Shown here: piece by piece, positions 46,969-56,461 of the stretch
Layout of the letters: each line of letters starts with the position of its first letter
Position numbering within the stretch: position 1 is the first letter of the stretch
NCBI GenBank assembly: GCA_046300175.1
Contig: JBKCMS010000066.1
Location: 1-60,585 of the forward strand
Length of the DNA: 60,585 bases
Direction: 5' to 3'
Source of the DNA: Pseudomonadota bacterium
GTDB lineage: Bacteria > Bdellovibrionota_C > UBA2361 > OMII01
Translations under genes and position numbers: made by a program
The notes under the pieces: model-generated
Told to the model about the DNA's origin: nothing
The model's database searches: none
Seen by the model: only the letters and a program-made list of their open reading frames with translations

Positions 46969-47808
46969 ATGAAATTAATTCGCTTGTTACAAAAAACCTC
47001 AGTCCTAGCATTTATTTTGGTGGGTTCGCTGTTTGGCGCCGGCTGTGCTACCTCTCCGGCTCCGGTTGCCCCGAATGTTTCTCAGGATGATCCGGATAAC
47101 TTTGAAAAATGTGCTTTTGATCTGCTGTCCGATTTTTTCTGTGAAGAGAAACGTTGGCCTACCGAATGGGCGCAATTGGTAGGCTTCGAAAAGAGACGGG
47201 GACGTGATGCCACGTGGCTGGAGGTAGTCAAGGAACCGCAAATTTCGTCTCCGCGTGCAATCTTTCTTTCGTTGAGGTACGTGAGCTCCGGTGGGGTGCC
47301 ACGTCGAGCGACTTACATAGCTCCACCTCGCTGTGGCAGAGAGGCTGAGGAGGGGGTGGTTTCGATAGCTGCTGATGGAGTAGTATTCGACCTGCCTGCT
47401 GGATTTAAGGTTATGTCAGCCAGCGATGTGCGCGAGCGTTGGAAGGCGCCGCCGTACCCAGATGTAGCTTGGAATACGAGCGATGGTCGGGTGCTGGCAG
47501 TAAGATTTGGGGATGTAGACATTAAGTCTGATGAGCTGCCGCAGTTTGCTGCCGATATCGCTGAGGCCTATGAGTCATCAATTCCATCGTTAGTCTGGAC
47601 ATTCAAGGATTCCAAGGTAATTAACGACAAGCCCGTTCTGTATCACGAGTTTCAGAGCACCGCATCGAGTGGTCCGATCCTGAACGTGGTATTTTCAGGT
47701 TCATTTGCCGATCGTCTCTTTGCCATAACGATCACTGGCCCAACGGAGATCTCTGATGCCGTAGTTCAATCAGCGCGTCAAGTCGAGCAGTCGCTCAGGG
47801 TCCGTTAA
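46969..47808 (+). CDS. putative lipoprotein
   Basis: Signal peptide with lipobox-like FGAGC; no recognised function. Confidence 0.7.
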   Translation: MKLIRLLQKTSVLAFILVGSLFGAGCATSPAPVAPNVSQDDPDNFEKCAFDLLSDFFCEEKRWPTEWAQLVGFEKRRGRDATWLEVVKEPQISSPRAIFLSLRYVSSGGVPRRATYIAPPRCGREAEEGVVSIAADGVVFDLPAGFKVMSASDVRERWKAPPYPDVAWNTSDGRVLAVRFGDVDIKSDELPQFAADIAEAYESSIPSLVWTFKDSKVINDKPVLYHEFQSTASSGPILNVVFSGSFADRLFAITITGPTEISDAVVQSARQVEQSLRVR

Positions 47809-47820
47809 CGGAGCAATAGT

Positions 47821-49398
47821 ATGACGCAAGACTCGCAAGATCCGAAAACATCGTCGGGTATATTGATCAAGAGTGCGTATAGGCTATCGGATAGGGCTGG
47901 GTGTGTCGATGAGGCTCCAGGGGTGTTTCCATACACTCGTGGGATTCATCCGACGATGTATCGGGGAAAGCAATGGACGATGCGTCAGTATGCCGGGTTC
48001 GGTAGTGCTGACGACACTAACGCGCGCTACCATTTTCTGCTCAAGCAGGGGATTACGGGGCTGAGCGTTGCTTTTGACCTTCCAACGCAGATGGGGCGTG
48101 ATCCTGATCATCTCCTAGCTCGGGGTGAGGTGGGACGAGTCGGGGTATCGGTGTCAACAGTAGAGGTGATGGAGCGGCTCTTGAAAGATATTCCGCTCGA
48201 CAAGGTTTCCATATCGATGACGATTAATGCCACCGCCGGCATCTTGCTGGCGTTTCTCTTGGTGATAGCGGAGAGACGCGGTGTCAGCTGGAAAGATCTG
48301 CGTGGTACGATTCAGAATGATCTGCTTAAAGAGTATATAGCCCGCGGGACATACATCTATCCACCCCGAGCAGCGATGCGTATCGTCACTGATATCTTCG
48401 CCTTTTGCAAATCCAATGTGCCCCAATGGAACACCATCAGTGTCTCTGGGTATCATATTCGTGAGGCTGGTAGCACAGCAGTCGAGGAACTCGCCTTTAC
48501 TCTTGCTGACGGTATCGCCTACCTCAAGGCCGCGGTTGAACGTGGGCTCTCTGTTGATGATGTGGCGCCTCGCATGGCGTTCTTCTTTAACTGCCACAAC
48601 AACTTTTTTGAGGAGATAGCGAAATTTCGAGCAGCAAGAAGGTTGTGGGCGACCCTGGTGCGTGAGCGTTTCAATCCAAAAGATGAGCGCTCCTTACTTC
48701 TGCGGTTTCATACTCAAACTGCGGGTAGTACTCTAACAGCACAACAGCCTCACAATAATATCATCCGTACTACTCTACAGGCTTTGGCGGCGGTACTAGG
48801 AGGCACTCAATCACTGCATACAAACGGTTTCGATGAGGCACTTGGCTTGCCGACGGAGGAGAGTGCGCGGCTGGCGCTGCGAACGCAACAGATAATAGCT
48901 GATGAGTCTGGCGTGGCGCAGGCCGCTGATCCGTTGGGTGGTAGCTATATGGTTGAAGCCCTCACCGCTGAACTAGAGTCGCAGGCGCGCAAGCGGATAG
49001 AGACTATTGACGCGATGGGTGGGATGCTTGAGGCGATAGAGCAGCGTTATCCACAGGGAGAAATTGAAAACTCCGCCTACGATGCGCAGCGGGCTATAGA
49101 GAGAGGGAATAATAGAGTAGTAGGGGTCAATGTTTACTGTGAAGAATCGCCGGGTGCTCCCCCCGTTTTGACGATAGACAAGCGGGTCGAAAGGCAGGAG
49201 CAGGAGGCGCTGGCCTCATTTAAGCTTAGCCGCGATCAGGCTAAGGTTGACAAAAGCCTGGGCGACCTCAAGAGGGTGGCCGAAGGGGCATCAGAGGGCT
49301 TGATGGCCGCGATGGTGGAGTGTGTGCGCAACGCTTGCACCCTAGGCGAAATATCGGATGCGTTGAGGGCTGTGTTTGGAGAGTACGCATCAGACTGA
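47821..49398 (+). CDS. methylmalonyl-CoA mutase, substrate-binding subunit (split type)
   Basis: [43 protein letters not shown]; no C-terminal DxHxxG B12-binding domain. Confidence 0.92.
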   Translation: MTQDSQDPKTSSGILIKSAYRLSDRAGCVDEAPGVFPYTRGIHPTMYRGKQWTMRQYAGFGSADDTNARYHFLLKQGITGLSVAFDLPTQMGRDPDHLLARGEVGRVGVSVSTVEVMERLLKDIPLDKVSISMTINATAGILLAFLLVIAERRGVSWKDLRGTIQNDLLKEYIARGTYIYPPRAAMRIVTDIFAFCKSNVPQWNTISVSGYHIREAGSTAVEELAFTLADGIAYLKAAVERGLSVDDVAPRMAFFFNCHNNFFEEIAKFRAARRLWATLVRERFNPKDERSLLLRFHTQTAGSTLTAQQPHNNIIRTTLQALAAVLGGTQSLHTNGFDEALGLPTEESARLALRTQQIIADESGVAQAADPLGGSYMVEALTAELESQARKRIETIDAMGGMLEAIEQRYPQGEIENSAYDAQRAIERGNNRVVGVNVYCEESPGAPPVLTIDKRVERQEQEALASFKLSRDQAKVDKSLGDLKRVAEGASEGLMAAMVECVRNACTLGEISDALRAVFGEYASD

Positions 49399-49552
49399 TT
49401 TTCCCTTGAACCTAGTGAGCCATTGTTTTAGCCTGGGAGGGTCGGGGTCGACAGGATAGCTGACTTCCCTTGACACCAGTAATGGTCTATAACCCTGGCG
49501 CTTGCATGTGGCAGCGGTACCCACGAGACACTTATCGAGGTGAGGAGTTTGT

Positions 49553-49969
49553 ATGAAGAAGAAGGACCTTGAGCAACTAAAGAAGCTACTCGAGGAAGAG
49601 AAGCGCCGAATTTTGCGACACCTTGAGGATCTCAGCGATTCGTCAGTTGCGGACATCGAGACCCCCTCCGGAGACTCAGTAGACCTTGCAGCACTTGAGA
49701 TTAACCAGAACTCGTTGGTGAAGGTCGGCAAGCGTGAGCTAAATCACCTCAAAAAGATCGATGTTGCTCTGCAGAAGATGGAAGACGACACCTACGGAGA
49801 GTGTGAAAACTGCGGCGAGCAGATCGCAGTTGCGCGACTTCTGGCTCGTCCGGTCGCGCAGCTTTGTATCGACTGCAAGACAGCTCAAGAGAACGAGGAG
49901 CGCAAATATACTGATCGCTCAACAGACGAAGAGTCCGATGGGCTTCCAGACGAAGGGGAAGAGCTATAG
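49553..49969 (+). CDS. dksA: DksA/TraR C4 zinc-finger protein
   Basis: DSVDLA (DxxDxA), YGECENCGEQI..RL.ARP.AQLCIDC. Confidence 0.9.
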   Translation: MKKKDLEQLKKLLEEEKRRILRHLEDLSDSSVADIETPSGDSVDLAALEINQNSLVKVGKRELNHLKKIDVALQKMEDDTYGECENCGEQIAVARLLARPVAQLCIDCKTAQENEERKYTDRSTDEESDGLPDEGEEL

Positions 49970-49974
49970 TTAGC

Positions 49975-50916
49975 GTGTTCGACACGTTCAAAGAGCAGGT
50001 ATTGGTAGCCCCTGCCAAACTCAACTTGCGCCTCAAAGTTGTCGGCCGCAGGGCGGATGGCTACCACTTGCTCAGCATGCTTAATGTGACCACATCGCTC
50101 GCAGATCGAGTGGCGGTAACTCTACGCAGCGCACCTGGCATCTCAGTTGTTGTTGACCCACCAGATGTTGTTTCGGGAGCTGTAAGTGATAACTCAGTGG
50201 TGCGGGTGTGGGACGAATTTTGGAGGGATTTCTCACCCTCCGGGGCTCCGTGCGGAGCAACGGTGACAATAACAAAAAGGATACCTGTTGGGGGTGGCCT
50301 TGGCGGTGGAAGTAGCGATGCAGCGGCTATGTTGCGGTTCCTGGCGGGTAATTTTGGTTCCGAACTTTCGCAACAGCTCGACATCTCCTCGCAGGAATTT
50401 GATACGCGGTTAGGACGAGTCGCTCTGCGTGTTGGAGCTGATGTGCCGTATGCATACTGCGGGGGTGCTTGCTGGGTAAGGGGAATAGGTGAGGATGTGC
50501 ATCCGATTTCAGGCAAAGTGTCATGGCCGGGTGAGATCCTGATAGCGATGCCGGCAACTTCCGTGCCTACAGTCGACTTCTACAGGTTCTTCAGGGACCA
50601 GCACCCGGATTTGTCAGGCTCTTGTGATGCCCCGCTGCAACGGTTCGTATCTCTAGAGGAGCCGAGAGTGACTCTGGAACAATTAATAGAAAATGATTTC
50701 GAGCAGGATATAGTGACTTTTAGACCGCAAGTCGGCGCGGCGCTATCGGTGGCGCGGCGCCACTTTCCATACACTACCTCTGTAACTGGGTCTGGTGCGG
50801 CTATCTTTAGCTTGGTTTCGACGGGTGAACTGGATGCTATACCCGCATGCCAGGAGGCGCTGGAGCAAATTGGTGGTACTGTGTACCGAGCTAAATTAGT
50901 TGAACCCTGCTCATAA
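49975..50916 (+). CDS. ispE: 4-diphosphocytidyl-2-C-methyl-D-erythritol kinase
   Basis: APAKLNL, DGYH, KRIPVGGGLGGGSSDAA, GADVP, TGSGA. Confidence 0.95.
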   Translation: MFDTFKEQVLVAPAKLNLRLKVVGRRADGYHLLSMLNVTTSLADRVAVTLRSAPGISVVVDPPDVVSGAVSDNSVVRVWDEFWRDFSPSGAPCGATVTITKRIPVGGGLGGGSSDAAAMLRFLAGNFGSELSQQLDISSQEFDTRLGRVALRVGADVPYAYCGGACWVRGIGEDVHPISGKVSWPGEILIAMPATSVPTVDFYRFFRDQHPDLSGSCDAPLQRFVSLEEPRVTLEQLIENDFEQDIVTFRPQVGAALSVARRHFPYTTSVTGSGAAIFSLVSTGELDAIPACQEALEQIGGTVYRAKLVEPCS

Positions 50917-51052
50917 AGGTAGTTTGGCTGGCCATGTCCAAGACTCGAAGCGGCACGTTCCCACGGGAGGGGATAAATGCTTCTGGGGGCGCTCTTATGT
51001 TGCGGGGCCTTGCCAAAAGGCCATAAGTGTTTTACTCAAGGAGCGCAGGTGA

Positions 51053-51127
51053 TGCCCGGTAGCCAAGTGGTAAGGCAGCGGATTTTGATTCCGCCATACG
51101 CAGGTTCGACCCCTGCCCGGGCAACCA
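51053..51127 (+). tRNA. tRNA-Gln (anticodon TTG)
   Basis: Acceptor stem TGCCCGG/CCGGGCA (U1-A72), anticodon arm GCGGA-TTTTGAT-TCCGC, GGTTCGAC, encoded CCA; conserved ispE-tRNA-Gln-prs context. Confidence 0.96.
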
Positions 51128-51136
51128 CTTCCAAAA

Positions 51137-51285
51137 CCATAGCGATGTGCAAAATGGTGGGCCAGTAAAACTGGCAAGACGTTTGCTGTAAATCTCTGTG
51201 GAGTATTGTTTTGATGCGCATCCGCGAATCAATAGCGTTTTCCAAGAGCCAGGATTTCGCTACGGACTTTTGGAAAACGCTATAG
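51137..51285 (+). mobile_element. 149-bp palindromic MITE-like repeat, family A copy 4 (most diverged)
   Basis: Ungapped alignment to copy 1; starts 10 bp after the tRNA CCA and abuts the prs ribosome-binding site. Confidence 0.82.
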
Positions 51286-51293
51286 GAGTTCCA

Positions 51294-52235
51294 GTGACTA
51301 GACCTCTTCTTGTGTTCTCTGGTAGATCCAATCCGGCATTCTCCAAAGCTGTTTGTGATACATTGTCGATTCCTTTAGGAACGATGGACTCAACGCAGTT
51401 TGCTGATGGGGAGCTGTCGGTAGAGATCGGTGACAATGTGCGTGGTGGCGACGTGTTCGTAATTCAGAGCACCTGTACGCCGGCCAACGACAGATTAATG
51501 GAGCTGTTAATCATAGTTGACGCGCTCAAGCGATCATCGGCAGGGCGTATTACCGCCGCTATCCCTTATTTTGGATATGCGCGCCAAGATCGCAAGGTCA
51601 AGCCAAGAGTTCCAATCACCGCCAAGCTAGTAGCTGACATGATTACGACAGCCGGAGCTGATCGCGTCTTGACGATGGATCTGCACGCTGGGCAGCTGAT
51701 GGGATTTTTCAATATACCAGTGGACAATCTATTCGCCTTGCCGGTGTTGATGCCATTTCTAATAGGTAAATATGGCACGGAGGGAGTTACTCTAGTCGCC
51801 CCTGATGTAGGGGGTGTAGAGCGCGCACGCTTGTTCGCTACCCGCATGGGTAACGCTCCAATTGCAGTGATCGACAAACGCCGATCGGGCCCCAACATGG
51901 TTGCCTCAATGAACGTAGTCGGCGACGTAGAGGGGCAGGTGTGTCTGATAGTGGATGATATGGTGGACACCGGCGGGACCTTAATTAAGGCGGCCGACAC
52001 CCTATTGGAAAAAGGGGCTAAGAGCGTTGCAGCTTGCTGTGTACACGCAGTGTTATCTGGCGAAGCTCGTAACAGGCTCAACAACAGCAGTATCTCGGAA
52101 GTCATCGTCACCGATACGATACCCCATGTAGGGGATTTAGGCCCAAAGATATCGGTGCTTTCGGTGGCGTCTCTTTTTGCCGAGGCTATCCGTAGAATCC
52201 ACTCTGACGATTCTATCAGTAGTCTTTTCAGGTAA
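51294..52235 (+). CDS. prs: ribose-phosphate pyrophosphokinase
   Basis: FADGE, PYFGYARQDRK, DLHAGQ, PDVGG, VDDMVDTGGT; GTG at 51294 after AGGAG. Confidence 0.96.
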   Translation: MTRPLLVFSGRSNPAFSKAVCDTLSIPLGTMDSTQFADGELSVEIGDNVRGGDVFVIQSTCTPANDRLMELLIIVDALKRSSAGRITAAIPYFGYARQDRKVKPRVPITAKLVADMITTAGADRVLTMDLHAGQLMGFFNIPVDNLFALPVLMPFLIGKYGTEGVTLVAPDVGGVERARLFATRMGNAPIAVIDKRRSGPNMVASMNVVGDVEGQVCLIVDDMVDTGGTLIKAADTLLEKGAKSVAACCVHAVLSGEARNRLNNSSISEVIVTDTIPHVGDLGPKISVLSVASLFAEAIRRIHSDDSISSLFR

Positions 52236-52525
52236 GTAGACTCATCCCGTCTCTCCCGTGTGGTCACTATGGCGGCCGTCGAGTGGTAGGGATCGGCAAA
52301 AGTTCGTGTGATGTTAGGTAGATGTGCCATTTTTATGGTCGTAAATGCTATTTCTGGTAGGTTGCTGATGCGGGTCGGTACCGGAAATGCTGGGCGGAGG
52401 TGAGTGCAGGGCAGTTCCATCGCACGTAGTTAGTCTCCTTGTCGCTCTCTTTACCTGGATAAGAGCTTCTGGTAATCTCCTCCCGGCCGATTTTTGCTGG
52501 CCAATTTTGTTGAGGAATCAAAGAC

Positions 52526-53170
52526 GTGGAAAATTTCACAATCGAAGTCTCAGAGCGCACCGAACTTGGAAAGGGTGGCTGTAATCGTTGTCGCAAGGCT
52601 GGGTTTATACCAGGAGTTGCCTACCATCGTGCAGATGAAGCAGTAGCGGTACAAGTTCCATACAAGGAATTCACGATGCTGGCTAAGAAGGCGCGCATGT
52701 CGCAGGTTTTCACCTTCAAAAGTGGAAACAAAGCTTTGGATGGCAAAGCGGCGATCGTAAAGGAAGTTCAACAGGATTACATCAAGGGCAAGGTATTGCA
52801 CGTTGATTTCCAAACTCTCAAAGATGATGAGGAGATTACAGTTTACATCCCTGTGTCGCTCGTCGGCGAGGCCCCAGGAGTTAAGGTGCAAAATGGAATC
52901 CTGACTCTCGTTACGCACGAAGTGGCGGTTACTTGTTTGCCCAAGAATATTCCAAACCAGATTCCAGTGGATATTTCGGCGCTTGGGCTTGGGCAGTCGA
53001 TTCACGCTAGCGATCTGAAGTTGGGAGCAGGTGTAGTGCTTTCAGATGATCCGCACGAGACGATCGTAAGCGTAGTAGCGGCTCGTACGGCTGAGGATGA
53101 GGCTAAGCCAGCAGAGGGAGCAACAGCAGCTCCAGCGGCGGCCGAACCGGCTAAGCCAGCAGCAAAGTAG
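52526..53170 (+). CDS. rplY: 50S ribosomal protein L25 (Ctc type)
   Basis: R..GFIPGVAY, HVDF, GEAPGVK..G.L; prs-rplY-pth synteny. Confidence 0.95.
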   Translation: MENFTIEVSERTELGKGGCNRCRKAGFIPGVAYHRADEAVAVQVPYKEFTMLAKKARMSQVFTFKSGNKALDGKAAIVKEVQQDYIKGKVLHVDFQTLKDDEEITVYIPVSLVGEAPGVKVQNGILTLVTHEVAVTCLPKNIPNQIPVDISALGLGQSIHASDLKLGAGVVLSDDPHETIVSVVAARTAEDEAKPAEGATAAPAAAEPAKPAAK

Positions 53171-53297
53171 TTTCTGCTTAGGTCTTGCAGATCAGTTTCG
53201 TTTTTTTAAGCACGTAGCCGTTGCGGTGTGTGGAATCAACATGCGAGCCCGCCTCGGAGCGTAGCTGTATTTCTAGCGCATTGAGTGGGTAGGAGAG

Positions 53298-53957
53298 ATG
53301 GAGTTCTCTGTAGTCGTCGGCCTTGGAAACCCCGGTAGCCAATACGATGCGACCCGCCACAACGTTGGCTTCGCAGTGGTAGACCTTCTCCGTGCACTCT
53401 CTGGATTATCGGACCCAGGAGATCTGCGATCAGAAGCTGGCGCGCATGTGCGAGCTGCCATAGGCGGCTCAATCGGTCGTCAAGGCTGGGTTGAGCGAAC
53501 AGGGGTTCTTGAGTCCCAATGCTCGGTTGGGAACTGGTCAGGGCACCTAATTAAACCGATGACGTATATGAATCGCAGTGGCGAGCCGCTGCAACAGTTC
53601 CTTCACTATCGTAAAATTCCCCTGTCTCAAGTGGTAGTGGTTCACGATGAGATCGACATTCCTTTTGGCTCTCTGAGGATAAAGGTAGATGGGGGAGAAG
53701 GAGGCCATAACGGCCTTAGGTCAATATCAGAAAGTTGTGGAGGTCGCGGCTATGCTCGGGTACGAGTAGGTGTTGGTAAGCCTCCTCCAGGTAGTCCGAT
53801 GGCCCTACGGGAGGACGGGATCGCTAATTGGGTTCTCAGTCGCTTCTCGGCAGAGGAACAGCCGTTCGCTGAGGATCTGGTAATCAACGGTGCGCGAGCT
53901 GTCTATGAGCTGGTATCCAAAGGAGTTCGGGCAGCGCAGAATCTTTGCAATCGGTAG
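53298..53957 (+). CDS. pth: peptidyl-tRNA hydrolase
   Basis: VGLGNPG..Y..TRHNVGF, KPMTYMNRSG, HDEID, GGHNGLRS. Confidence 0.96.
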   Translation: MEFSVVVGLGNPGSQYDATRHNVGFAVVDLLRALSGLSDPGDLRSEAGAHVRAAIGGSIGRQGWVERTGVLESQCSVGNWSGHLIKPMTYMNRSGEPLQQFLHYRKIPLSQVVVVHDEIDIPFGSLRIKVDGGEGGHNGLRSISESCGGRGYARVRVGVGKPPPGSPMALREDGIANWVLSRFSAEEQPFAEDLVINGARAVYELVSKGVRAAQNLCNR

Positions 53958-54325
53958 CGGCGGCTTTGGGGTGGTTCTTGGCGATTGATGAGGGGCGCGC
54001 AACGGTGAGTCACTCAGTCGGAAGAGCCCAAAGGCGGGCACCTTTCATTGCCTGCCTAAAAAGCAGTAGTAATTTTGAGCAGATGCGCCGTTTTTTAGGC
54101 CCGTAAATGCTGTTTTTAGGTTTTAAAGGCTGGCTATGCCAAAAAACGGAATTAAGCCGCGAAATTCTGTCACTCGCTATAGTTGTGTTTCCCGGCCAAT
54201 CTGATACACTCCTGCGACCCATCGGCGTGCGTGTATTGTATGCCGGAACCTCAATCAGGTAAGGCAATTAGGTAGCCGGGTACATAGTAGCTAAAGTCAG
54301 AGAAAGTAAAGTAAGTAGGTGTATC

Positions 54326-54709
54326 ATGGAAGTTCGCCGTTATGAGTCGGTGGTCATTTTTAACCCGCGCTTGAGTGATGCGCAGCTAAAGGAAGAGATC
54401 AAAAAGATCGAGACGCTGCTCAAGACGAACAAAGCGGACATCAAGAGCGTCGACACTTGGGGCAAGAAGGAAGCTGCCTACGAGTTTAATAAGCAGAGGA
54501 TGGGATACTACGTGGCATTTAACTACGAGTCGGCCAATCATGAAGCTCCAAACGAGTTGCAGTCGATCCTGCGCATAACCGATGCTGTGCATAAATTTCA
54601 GACTCACCTCATTAAGACCAAGACCCGCAAGTTCAAGGGTAATCCGCGTAGGCTGACGCAGCCGCGCACCGACATCGATGATTACGATTTTGGCGGAGAT
54701 TACGAGTAG
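54326..54709 (+). CDS. rpsF: 30S ribosomal protein S6
   Basis: RRYESVVIFNP, WGKKEAAY...GYY; upstream of rplI. Confidence 0.92.
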   Translation: MEVRRYESVVIFNPRLSDAQLKEEIKKIETLLKTNKADIKSVDTWGKKEAAYEFNKQRMGYYVAFNYESANHEAPNELQSILRITDAVHKFQTHLIKTKTRKFKGNPRRLTQPRTDIDDYDFGGDYE

Positions 54710-54770
54710 ATTGGTCACTGCGTAGAGTGGTCAGGAGCGCTAGCAGTTTTTAGAAGTTAGGAGTTAGGTC

Positions 54771-55367
54771 ATGGAAGTCATTTTGCGAGAAGATTACATA
54801 TCGCTCGGATACATTGGAGACACCGTTCGCGTTCGTCGTGGATTCGCGCGCAACTTTTTGATTCCTCGTGGGATCGCTGTTGAAGCTACATCAGGTAATG
54901 AGAGTCAGCTAAAGCACAAGCTCTCGGCGATTGTGGCTAAGCGCATCAAGAAGAAAGCTGAAGCTGAGGCGTTCGCCAAGGTTCTTGGCCAGGTTACTGT
55001 GGAGTTTACTCTGAAAGTGGGTGCGAGCGGTAAGAGTTTCGGAGCTGTGACCAGTCGTGATGTAGAGGCGTCGCTAAAGGCTCTCGGCTACGAGGTGGAC
55101 CGTCGCCAGATTAGAATCAATGAAACTATCAAAAGCCCCGGTGTTTACGCAGTGGATGTGAAGCTGCACTCTGAGGTTACTGTTCCTGTTCAGGTTAAGG
55201 TAATCGCAGCGCAGCCGCCTGCTTCTTCCAGCGAGGGCAAGGCGGAAAAGGGTAAGAAAAAGAGCCGCAAGAAGGGTGATGAGTTAGAAGCTACCTCATC
55301 TGAGGAGGGTTCTGAGGCTGCAGGCGATGAAGTCGAGGCCGATGAATCTGAGGCTGATGCTGAGTAG
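54771..55367 (+). CDS. rplI: 50S ribosomal protein L9
   Basis: MEVIL..LG.IGD.V.V..GFARNFLIPRG, FGAVT, VKLHSEV. Confidence 0.97.
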   Translation: MEVILREDYISLGYIGDTVRVRRGFARNFLIPRGIAVEATSGNESQLKHKLSAIVAKRIKKKAEAEAFAKVLGQVTVEFTLKVGASGKSFGAVTSRDVEASLKALGYEVDRRQIRINETIKSPGVYAVDVKLHSEVTVPVQVKVIAAQPPASSSEGKAEKGKKKSRKKGDELEATSSEEGSEAAGDEVEADESEADAE

Positions 55368-55405
55368 TATCGGTCTCATTGATCTAGCTCGATGCCCTTA
55401 GTCCA

Positions 55406-56461
55406 GTGGTGCGATTGAGTGGTTTAGCTGCACGGCTATTTGGTCCCATGGGACAGATTCAGGAGTCGTTAGACCCAATGGAAGAAGAGGCCTCACAGAC
55501 GGGGTGGTCTACGCCATTGCTGATAGGTTCCTTTTGCGCGTCCTTTGTATTTGCTTGCACTCTGTTGCTGGTGATTGGGCACTACGGTCTAAACGCGCCT
55601 AAGTCGCTTTGGCCCCTAGGATCAAGCGGAATCTCAAATTCAACGCTGGTAGATATAGAATCGGCGTTTACGCCCTTCATGGTCAGTCGTAGCGGCACGT
55701 ATCTCAAGGCTCAGGTAGGAGAGGCTGCTAATCCAACCGCCGGACAGGACTTCTCTTTTCTAGTCTGGTTTAAGTTGCGCAAATCTCCAGGAGTGGGAGA
55801 GGCGCTTGGCTTAGTTGGAAAATTCGATTCTCAAATAGAGGGCAAGCCTGGGTACGCGATCTCCTTGGAAGGTGCGCCAGATGGTATACGCCCACGGGTT
55901 TATTTAAGCACTGGCATTGCTCACGGGCGTTGGTACTCATTCTCCAGTTATCCGATGAATCGTCGCGATTGGTATCTGCTACAGGTTTCCTTGGTAGGTG
56001 ACTCTTTTGTCTCTGTGCATCTAGCTCGAGCTTTTTCAAAGGAGCCGGCTTTGTTCCTTGGCGGCCATCCAATAGGCAGCGGAGGTCTACCGCAATCGAA
56101 AGCAGATGTTGTCGTTGGCGCTTTTGGAGCGAGTCGTTTTCGCGGTCAGATCGGCCCAATTGCGATCCTTTCCGGTCGTAGCATTTCAGAGCATTTTGCG
56201 GCCTACCTGGAAGCTTTTCAGGCAGATCCGGGAGTTGTGCCTGCGAGGATACCTAAGGATGCAATCCGCTTATGGGGTTCTCCACTAGAGGATATCGGCC
56301 CCCGCAAGGTGCAGATAGTGCGTATTGAAGGAGAAGTGTTAAACGATTCAGTCAAAAAGGGGCAAACGGGGCGCACCGCGCAACCTCGTTCAGCTACTTT
56401 GACCAAGCGTATAGCGCCGCCAAAAAAGAACGTTAAACGGTCAGCAAAGGTGAAGAGGTAG
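55406..56461 (+). CDS. membrane-anchored LamG/concanavalin A-like domain protein; start uncertain
   Basis: TM helix, then FSFLVWFK, GYAISL, DWYLL, VVVGA..FRGQIG pattern. Confidence 0.65.
   Translation: MVRLSGLAARLFGPMGQIQESLDPMEEEASQTGWSTPLLIGSFCASFVFACTLLLVIGHYGLNAPKSLWPLGSSGISNSTLVDIESAFTPFMVSRSGTYLKAQVGEAANPTAGQDFSFLVWFKLRKSPGVGEALGLVGKFDSQIEGKPGYAISLEGAPDGIRPRVYLSTGIAHGRWYSFSSYPMNRRDWYLLQVSLVGDSFVSVHLARAFSKEPALFLGGHPIGSGGLPQSKADVVVGAFGASRFRGQIGPIAILSGRSISEHFAAYLEAFQADPGVVPARIPKDAIRLWGSPLEDIGPRKVQIVRIEGEVLNDSVKKGQTGRTAQPRSATLTKRIAPPKKNVKRSAKVKR

Noticed and set aside
49470-49496. sigma70 promoter for dksA (TTGACA)
   Set aside because: The best -10 candidate (TATAAC) is only 12 bp away; spacing is not canonical.
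51566-52420. 284-aa antisense ORF over prs (and similar shadow ORFs over glmS, MFS, rplY, pccB, 41151-41690)
   Set aside because: Antisense to clear genes and without motifs; expected codon-bias shadows.
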